Shown piece by piece: positions 53,218 through 64,000 of a stretch of DNA of 64,000 bases. The notes under the pieces were generated by a model that saw nothing but the letters and a program-made list of their open reading frames with translations, was not told the DNA's origin and ran no database searches. Every line of letters begins with the position of its first letter. Positions within the stretch are counted from its first letter, which is position 1. The DNA lies in the sequence record OQ708376.1; one strand, written 5' to 3'. The position numbers and the translations under genes were made by a program.

Positions 53218-55536
53218 ATGATTAACGTAACCAAGCGTAATGGAATGAAAGAGCCGTTATCATTGGATAAGATCCATCAAATTTTATTTTTCGCTGCTGA
53301 AGGTTTAAGTGGTATTTCAGTTTCTGAAATTGAAATCCGAGCACAGCTTCAGTTTTATGAAGGTATTGAAACTAGTACTATTCATGATATTCTTATTAAA
53401 GCAGCAGCAGAACTTATTTCAGAAGATACACCTAATTACCAATATGTTGCTGGAAGACTATTAAACTATAGTATTCGTAAGCAAGTATATGGGCAGTATG
53501 ACCCAATTAAATATACTGCTCATCTTCAAGAAATGGTTGATACCAAAATATATGATCCTGAAATTCTTGAGAAATATACTCTTCAAGAAATAGAAGAGCT
53601 TGGACGTTATATCAAACATAAACGTGACGATAAATTTACTTATGTTGCTATGCGTCAGTGGGAAGGAAAGTATCTTTATAAAAACCGAGTCACTAAGAAA
53701 ATTTATGAAACCCCACAAATGGCATATATGACTATTGCAGCAATCATCTTTATGGAGTATGATCGTTCTGTACGTATGTCATATGTTAAAAAGTTTTATG
53801 ACGCAGTAAGTAATTTTGACATCAGTCTTCCTACGCCTATTATGGCTGGTCTACGTACAAATACACGTCAGTTTAGCTCTTGTGTAGTACTAAACGTTGG
53901 TGACAGCTTGGATAGTATTGGTTCCTCTAACCACGCTATTCTACGTTATATTTCACGTAAAGCTGGTCTTGGTATTAATATGGGCCGCATTCGTGCTCTG
54001 GACTCCGAGATTCGTTCAGGTGATGCAGTACACACTGGGCTGATTCCGTTCATTGCAGCTACTGCTAAGACTGTTAAAAGCTGTTCACAAGGTGGTGTTC
54101 GTGGTGGTGCAGCAACTGTTCACTTCCCATTGTGGCATTTGGAATTTGATAACTTGGTAGTCCTTAAAAATAACAAAGGTACTGAGTTTAACCGTGTGCG
54201 TCAACTGGACTATTGTTTCCAAGTAAACAAAACTTTATATCAACGTTTGGTTGATGGAAAGAATATTACATTCTTTAGTCCTAATGAAGTCCCTGGGCTA
54301 TATGAAGCATTTTGTTCTGACCAAAAAGAATTTGAAAAACTATATAAAAAATACGAAGCTGACCAAAGCATCCGTAAAAAATCCGTTCCTGCTGTGGAAG
54401 TATTCAGTACTCTAATGACTGAACGTGCAGAAACTGGTCGTATCTATATTCAAAATATTGACCATGCAAACACTCACTCAACATTTATTGAATCAATTGC
54501 TCCAATCGAACAATCCAACTTGTGTCAAGAAATCGCACTACCATCTGTGCCATTTGATGATATTAATACTGGTGAAGGTTTGATTAGCCTATGTACTTTG
54601 AGTGCAATTAACTGGGGTAACTTTGATAAACCAGAAGATATGGAAACTGCGTGTGATCTTTCTGTTCGTGCTCTTGATTCACTATTGGACTATCAAGACT
54701 ACCCAGTAGTTCATGCTGACCGTGCTACAAAAATGTATCGTCCACTAGGTGTTGGTATTATTAACTTTGCATACTTCCTTGCTAAACGTGGTTTACGTTA
54801 TAATGAAGCAGCACTAGAAACAGTTAACGAGTGGGCCGAGGCATGGTCTTACTATCTAATTAAATCTTCTGTACAGCTTGCTAAAGAGAAAGGTAAGTGT
54901 GAAGGATTTGATAATCTAAAATATGCCAAAGGTATCCTTCCAATCGATACTTATAAATCGGACATTGATGAATTAGTAACTAAAGAACTAAAACAAGATT
55001 GGGAATCCTTACGTGCCGATATCAAAGAATATGGTATTCGTAACGCAACAACAATGGCATTAATGCCAGCAGAAACAAGTGCACAAATCAGTAACAGTAC
55101 TAACGGTATTGAAAAGCCACGTTCTCTTGTAACGAAGAAACTATCTAAGGATGGTATTCTTAAACAAGTAGTTCCAGAAATCAATAAGTTGAAAAACAAA
55201 TATGATTTACTATGGGATCAGAAAGATAACATTGGTTATCTACAAATCTGTGGTGTTCTACAAAAATACATTGACCAAAGTATCAGTGTTAATACTAGTT
55301 ATAACCCAATACACTTCCCTGATGGTAAGTTGCCAATGTCAACTCTTCTAACTGAACTTATGTATGCATATAAAGTTGGTTTGAAAAATCTTTATTATCA
55401 TAATACAAATGATGGTTCAGATGAAGTAGACGTTGAAAAAGTACTGAAAGAAGCTGCCAAACCAGAATCTGGACAATTTGTATTACCATCACTTCCTGAT
55501 TTGGATGAAGGTGATTGTGATAGTTGTAAAATCTAA
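53218..55536 (+). CDS. nrdA: Ribonucleotide reductase class Ia, alpha subunit
   Basis: ATP cone (VTKRNG), PTPIMAG, SSCV, SNLCQEI, MPAETS, YY, CDSCKI. Confidence 0.97.
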   Translation: MINVTKRNGMKEPLSLDKIHQILFFAAEGLSGISVSEIEIRAQLQFYEGIETSTIHDILIKAAAELISEDTPNYQYVAGRLLNYSIRKQVYGQYDPIKYTAHLQEMVDTKIYDPEILEKYTLQEIEELGRYIKHKRDDKFTYVAMRQWEGKYLYKNRVTKKIYETPQMAYMTIAAIIFMEYDRSVRMSYVKKFYDAVSNFDISLPTPIMAGLRTNTRQFSSCVVLNVGDSLDSIGSSNHAILRYISRKAGLGINMGRIRALDSEIRSGDAVHTGLIPFIAATAKTVKSCSQGGVRGGAATVHFPLWHLEFDNLVVLKNNKGTEFNRVRQLDYCFQVNKTLYQRLVDGKNITFFSPNEVPGLYEAFCSDQKEFEKLYKKYEADQSIRKKSVPAVEVFSTLMTERAETGRIYIQNIDHANTHSTFIESIAPIEQSNLCQEIALPSVPFDDINTGEGLISLCTLSAINWGNFDKPEDMETACDLSVRALDSLLDYQDYPVVHADRATKMYRPLGVGIINFAYFLAKRGLRYNEAALETVNEWAEAWSYYLIKSSVQLAKEKGKCEGFDNLKYAKGILPIDTYKSDIDELVTKELKQDWESLRADIKEYGIRNATTMALMPAETSAQISNSTNGIEKPRSLVTKKLSKDGILKQVVPEINKLKNKYDLLWDQKDNIGYLQICGVLQKYIDQSISVNTSYNPIHFPDGKLPMSTLLTELMYAYKVGLKNLYYHNTNDGSDEVDVEKVLKEAAKPESGQFVLPSLPDLDEGDCDSCKI

Positions 55537-55542
55537 TTTAAG

Positions 55543-55560
55543 ATCCCGCTTCGGCGGGAT
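55543..55560 (+). terminator. UUCG hairpin between nrdA and nrdB (weak terminator or processing site)
   Basis: ATCCCGC-TTCG-GCGGGAT followed by TATTATTTT. Confidence 0.55.
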
Positions 55561-55590
55561 TATTATTTCAAAATATATAAAGGAATATAT

Positions 55591-56715
55591 ATGTCAGTTT
55601 TCAAAATTAACGAGAAGTCTCACCTAGAAAAAAATATGTTTTTTGATGAAAGTGTTGATATCCAACGCTTTGAAAGTAACAAATACTCTACACTTGAAAA
55701 ACTAACAGAGCAACAGAAAAGTTTCTTCTGGACTCCTGGTGAAGTTGACGTATCTAAAGATAAAATTGATTTTGCCAACCTTAATGATTCCGAGAAGCAC
55801 ATTTTTACCTCTAACTTGAAACGTCAAATTCTTCTTGATTCCGTACAAGGTCGTGGTCCAAACCTAATGTTACTTCCATATGCATCTCTACCTGAACTAG
55901 AGAACTTTATAGAGACATGGGCATTCTTTGAAGGTGCGATTCATAGCAAATCATACACTCACATTATTCGTAACATTTATCCTAATCCATCTGAAGTATT
56001 TGATACTATGTTGGACATTCCAGAAATCACAGATTGTGCGGCTGATGTTTCCAAATACTACGATGAACTTGATGTATTAGGAACTTTATACCGTGCATTG
56101 GGAGTTGGGACACATACAATCAATGGTGAAACAGTTGAAATTAGTTTGTACGAACTAAAGAAAAAACTTTGGTTGTGTCTGAATAGTATTAACATTCTTG
56201 AAGGTGTTCGTTTTTATGCAAGCTTTGCGTGTTCTTGGGCGTTTGCTGAAAACAATCTAATGGAAGGTAATGCTAAGATTATCCGTCTAATCTGTCGTGA
56301 TGAAAACCTACACCTAGCAGCAACCCAAATGATTCTACGTCTTCTGAAAAAAGAAGATCCAGATATGGTAAAAATAGCAGAAGAGTGTTATGATGAAGTA
56401 CTGGAAATGTTTATGTCTGCTATCCGTCAAGAAGAAGCTTGGGCAGACTTCCTCTTTAAAGATGGTTCAATCATTGGGCTGAATGCAGAAATCCTAAAAC
56501 AATATGTTCGTTGGATTGGTTCTAAGCGTATGACTGCACTAGGAATTAAATGTCCATATACCGTATCTAAGAGTAACCCACTACCTTGGACTGAGCATTG
56601 GGTTAGTGGTGGTTCAGTACAAGTTGCACCACAAGAAACTGAAATAAGTTCTTATATCATTGGTGGTATTGTGAATGATATCCAAGTAGATACATTCACA
56701 CCATTCAAACTATAA
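55591..56715 (+). CDS. nrdB: Ribonucleotide reductase class Ia, beta subunit
   Basis: FFWTP.EV, LLDSVQGR, IHSKSY, LEGVRFY.SF, RDENLH, QVAPQETE. Confidence 0.97.
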   Translation: MSVFKINEKSHLEKNMFFDESVDIQRFESNKYSTLEKLTEQQKSFFWTPGEVDVSKDKIDFANLNDSEKHIFTSNLKRQILLDSVQGRGPNLMLLPYASLPELENFIETWAFFEGAIHSKSYTHIIRNIYPNPSEVFDTMLDIPEITDCAADVSKYYDELDVLGTLYRALGVGTHTINGETVEISLYELKKKLWLCLNSINILEGVRFYASFACSWAFAENNLMEGNAKIIRLICRDENLHLAATQMILRLLKKEDPDMVKIAEECYDEVLEMFMSAIRQEEAWADFLFKDGSIIGLNAEILKQYVRWIGSKRMTALGIKCPYTVSKSNPLPWTEHWVSGGSVQVAPQETEISSYIIGGIVNDIQVDTFTPFKL

Positions 56716-56727
56716 ATTGTAACTAAC

Positions 56728-56750
56728 AGGGATTCTATGAATCCCTTTTC
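56728..56750 (+). terminator. Intrinsic terminator
   Basis: AGGGATTC-tat-GAATCCCT followed by TTT. Confidence 0.75.
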
Positions 56751-56765
56751 TTATGGGTATAATAT

Positions 56766-58366
<1,601 letters not shown>

Positions 58367-58368
58367 TA

Positions 58369-58398
58369 AAAAAGGAGCAACAAAATGTTGCTCCTTTT
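58369..58398. terminator. Bidirectional intrinsic terminator
   Basis: AAAAGGAGCAACA-aaa-TGTTGCTCCTTTT between convergent genes. Confidence 0.85.
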
Positions 58399-58401
58399 AT
58401 T

Positions 58402-59804
<1,403 letters not shown>

Positions 59805-59839
59805 TGTTAATCTCCAATCTTATTGTTATTTTTATAAAG

Positions 59840-59846
59840 TATTTAC
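59840..59846 (-). promoter_or_regulatory. Late-type promoter GTAAATA upstream of the holin pair
   Basis: One mismatch to the late consensus, about 40 nt upstream of ATG 59799. Confidence 0.45.
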
Positions 59847-59889
59847 CCAATTTTACGTTTTACATAGTTTATATGGAGAAAGAAGTAAT

Positions 59890-61192
<1,303 letters not shown>

Positions 61193-61219
61193 CTTGAAAT
61201 GTATAAATCAGTCGAGGGA

Positions 61220-62563
61220 ATGATGAGTAAAATTAAGCTTACGGATAAGCAACAAGAAATCTTTGATGATTTTATAGATCGTGTTTACAACTATGCAGGT
61301 AAAACAATTTCAGTTTTATCTGCACCAGCAGGAACTGGAAAAACATTCACTACTGCTGAGATTGTAAAAGCACTATGTAAAAATTATAATATTGCAGTAA
61401 CTTCACCTACACATAAAGCCAATGCTGTTATTCGTAATATGCTAATTAATAATGCTGGTCTTACTAAGGAAGATGCACAAGTTAGTACTATACACTCTTT
61501 TTTAGGATTAAAATTAGTATATGAAAAGAATCGTCAAGTACTGAAGCATGATCCACAAAGTAAAGTTAGTAATACTAACGTTGACATTCTTATTGTTGAT
61601 GAGTGTAGTATGATTTCAGATGAACTATTCCAGCACATACAAGACCAATTGTGGCGTGTCCGTCGAGCAGTTTTATTCATTGGTGATCGTTGTCAATTGC
61701 CTCCAGTTGAGTCAGAAGGAACAATGGGCGAGACTAAATTGTCTCCTACGTTTGATGTACCTGTTCAATATGAGTTAACTGAGGTTTTACGACAAGCATT
61801 AGATAATCCGATTCTGGCAGTTGCAACTGCTATTCGTGAGTGTATTGGAACTAGTAAAAATCCATTTGATATTATGCACCAAACATATGGTTTAAGCACT
61901 ATTACACCTATTGATGATGAAGATTTGTTTTTGAATGTTTATCGTGAATTCATTATGGAAAACAAGGGGTCATCTAAAAAAATATTTGATTTCGTAAATG
62001 AAAATAAAATCTTAGCATATACTAACTATAGAGTTAATTTGGCTAATATCTACATTAGAAGTCAACTATTTGAAGTACCAGATGAATTTACTAAAGGTGA
62101 GCCAATTGTTTTTGAAAGCATAACTGAGAATAGTCCATATGTAGTACAACAAATTATACAATGTCCTGAAGTAAAACGTGAAAGTTTCATGGGAATAGAT
62201 TGTTGGCAATTCCGTTTACCTAATGGTAGTTATATTTTAGGTGTAGGACCAGAAACAAGAATTGCAATGGACGAAAAACTTGATAAACTTGTTAAGGATA
62301 TTGAGAAAAAAGAAATAAATCCATTGACAAAGAAACCATATATGTGGCAGGATTACTATGTAATTAAGAACAAATTACATATCATCAATTATCCTTATGC
62401 AACCACTGTTCATAAATCACAAGGAAGTACTTTTGATAACATTTGGTTTGATACTGATTTTATTGAACGTATTGGTACAAATGATACTAAGTGTAGAATT
62501 TTATACACTGCCATGACACGCCCACGCTATAGTGTTATGTTGAGGCAAAATGCACGATTCTAA
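61220..62563 (+). CDS. dda: SF1B (Dda/RecD-like) DNA helicase
   Basis: APAGTGKT, SPTHKA, VDECSM, GDRCQLPPV, LRQ, TVHKSQGST, YTAMTR. Confidence 0.9.
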   Translation: MMSKIKLTDKQQEIFDDFIDRVYNYAGKTISVLSAPAGTGKTFTTAEIVKALCKNYNIAVTSPTHKANAVIRNMLINNAGLTKEDAQVSTIHSFLGLKLVYEKNRQVLKHDPQSKVSNTNVDILIVDECSMISDELFQHIQDQLWRVRRAVLFIGDRCQLPPVESEGTMGETKLSPTFDVPVQYELTEVLRQALDNPILAVATAIRECIGTSKNPFDIMHQTYGLSTITPIDDEDLFLNVYREFIMENKGSSKKIFDFVNENKILAYTNYRVNLANIYIRSQLFEVPDEFTKGEPIVFESITENSPYVVQQIIQCPEVKRESFMGIDCWQFRLPNGSYILGVGPETRIAMDEKLDKLVKDIEKKEINPLTKKPYMWQDYYVIKNKLHIINYPYATTVHKSQGSTFDNIWFDTDFIERIGTNDTKCRILYTAMTRPRYSVMLRQNARF

Positions 62564-62646
62564 AAGACTAAATGTTATACGTAAATATTTTTGATTTTTA
62601 ATAATAAATAATCAAAAGTGTTTTGTATTATGGAGAAGAATATACA

Positions 62647-63213
62647 ATGAACAATTTACTACAAGTATTTAAAATTGAAGTTGCAGGGACGAACCTAGAT
62701 AATATCCCATATTATATGTATGGTGATTATGATTCATCTTCCCCAACAACCGCACCGACTGACCAGCAAACTATTGATAAGTCAATTGCACTTTTGCGTT
62801 ACCTACAACTTTCTCGTTTGCTTTCAACTTATTCAGTACCAGTTTATAGCAATGTTGAATTTGCTACACCAGGAACTGCAAAAACGATTCCAACTGGTGC
62901 AACAATCACCGTTGGATATATTAGTTATCAACCTTTTCTTAGTACTTTGAGTGTTGAAGAACAAGCAGCACTAACTACTGAAGATATGAAAACAGCAAAA
63001 GCTGCTGAGATTATCCAAACACTAATCAATGATTCATTGAAAGGTAATGGCACTAATGCACTAGAAAATGAAGAAATTACTGTACAAAAAACCATACAAC
63101 GTATCAAGAATGCTCTTACTACGAGTACTGTTGATTTCATTGAGTATGAGAACGTGTATCTTAATGTTCCTTCTGTTTCTGATGCATCTGTAGTATCTTA
63201 CGTTAAATTATAA
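62647..63213 (+). CDS. Probable virion protein
   Basis: Late promoter ATAAATA at 62604; GGAG SD; T/S-rich. Confidence 0.5.
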   Translation: MNNLLQVFKIEVAGTNLDNIPYYMYGDYDSSSPTTAPTDQQTIDKSIALLRYLQLSRLLSTYSVPVYSNVEFATPGTAKTIPTGATITVGYISYQPFLSTLSVEEQAALTTEDMKTAKAAEIIQTLINDSLKGNGTNALENEEITVQKTIQRIKNALTTSTVDFIEYENVYLNVPSVSDASVVSYVKL

Positions 63214-63236
63214 TTTTATAACATGGAGTTCTTGAC

Positions 63237-63431
63237 ATGACTGACAAAACATTTTATGATCGTATTATTGAAGACAAGGGAGTTTTTGATAAGGTAGTTT
63301 ATGACCTAGAACTTATGATCAAAGACGCACCGAACCCCCGTGTGCGAACCCAAGCAGAATTTGCAAAAACTTATCTTGTTCAAGTTCAAGCAATCTGTGA
63401 AGCAATTAAAAAACACAATGATAGTGCTTGA
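63237..63431 (+). CDS. Small hypothetical protein
   Basis: GGAG SD; 64 aa. Confidence 0.6.
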   Translation: MTDKTFYDRIIEDKGVFDKVVYDLELMIKDAPNPRVRTQAEFAKTYLVQVQAICEAIKKHNDSA

Positions 63432-63456
63432 CAGAACTAATGTTCTATCCTATAAT
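63428..63456 (+). promoter_or_regulatory. Canonical sigma70 promoter TTGACA-N17-TATAAT
   Basis: Perfect consensus upstream of the IF3 gene. Confidence 0.85.
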
Positions 63457-63500
63457 TACTATCGAACAAAACATTAAAATCATATTGGAGCTTTTATTAC

Positions 63501-63998
63501 ATGAAATCTATTATTGCCAATAACGAAATCACCGCAAAAACTGTACGTCTTGTTACGGAAGGTGCAAGTGAGGTCATGGCAATCTCTAAAGCACTTACTT
63601 TAGCAGAAAATCAAGGATTGGATTTGGTGGTTATTGGTGCAGGTGATGAACCTGCTGTCAAAATTACAGATCTTAACAAATACAAATATGAGTTGAAGCA
63701 AGCTGAAAAGGCTTCTCTTAAAAAACAACGACAAAATGCCGTGAGTATTAAAGAGATTCAATTCAACTTTGGTACACAAGAGCATGATTTGCAGATTAAA
63801 GCAAAAAGTGCTGAAAAATTCCTTGATGAAGGAAAACATGTACATATTGTAATGAAAACTTCAGGACGTGGAACTAATGCATCAGTAATTCAAGCAAATA
63901 TTAATGCAATGGAATCATTCGTTAATCGTTTGGGTAACGTTTCATATGTTCAAAAAGTCGAGTTCCAAGGTAAAAAGGTAACCTGTACTGTCAAAGTA
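63501..63998 (+). CDS. infC: Translation initiation factor IF-3, 3'-truncated by the window edge (not in ORF track)
   Basis: MKSIIANNEITAKTVRLV...AENQGLDLVVI...KYKYE...KEIQF...EHDLQIK...FLDEGKHV matches both IF3 domains. Confidence 0.92.
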   Translation, partial: MKSIIANNEITAKTVRLVTEGASEVMAISKALTLAENQGLDLVVIGAGDEPAVKITDLNKYKYELKQAEKASLKKQRQNAVSIKEIQFNFGTQEHDLQIKAKSAEKFLDEGKHVHIVMKTSGRGTNASVIQANINAMESFVNRLGNVSYVQKVEFQGKKVTCTVKV

Positions 63999-64000
63999 AA

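Overview
A 64 kb AT-rich slice of a lytic jumbo myophage genome with T4-like core genes. Gene content and order suggest the RaK2/GAP32/121Q-like group; this is an inference, as no search was run. Left to right: baseplate genes, gp55-like late sigma factor, gp47/gp46 nuclease, Endo VII, a ~450 nt structured non-coding RNA, baseplate hub and probable tape measure, head module (portal, protease, scaffold, major capsid), a free-standing GIY-YIG homing endonuclease, tail fibre and chaperone, family B DNA polymerase, clamp, GroES, RNase H/FEN, terminase, gp32/UvsX/UvsY/UvsW, a miniature DnaE-like protein, primase and helicase, probable internal head proteins, nrdAB, an unannotated Hfq-like ORF, a YggL-like protein, two T4 gpT-like holin paralogues, DHFR, RNase HI, Dda and IF3. 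No tRNA, rRNA, CRISPR array, intron or intein was seen. Strongest leads: (1) both holin paralogues switch to the +1 frame at the same CGG-A motif; (2) the ncRNA has an RNase P-like P2/P4 core; (3) the 55-aa Hfq-like ORF; (4) a 212-aa DnaE palm retaining all three catalytic Asp; (5) a synonymously recoded patch in the capsid gene beside the homing endonuclease; (6) marked over-representation of the palindrome AGTACT; (7) a catalytically dead terminase-ATPase paralogue. Protein calls rest on motif recognition from memory.
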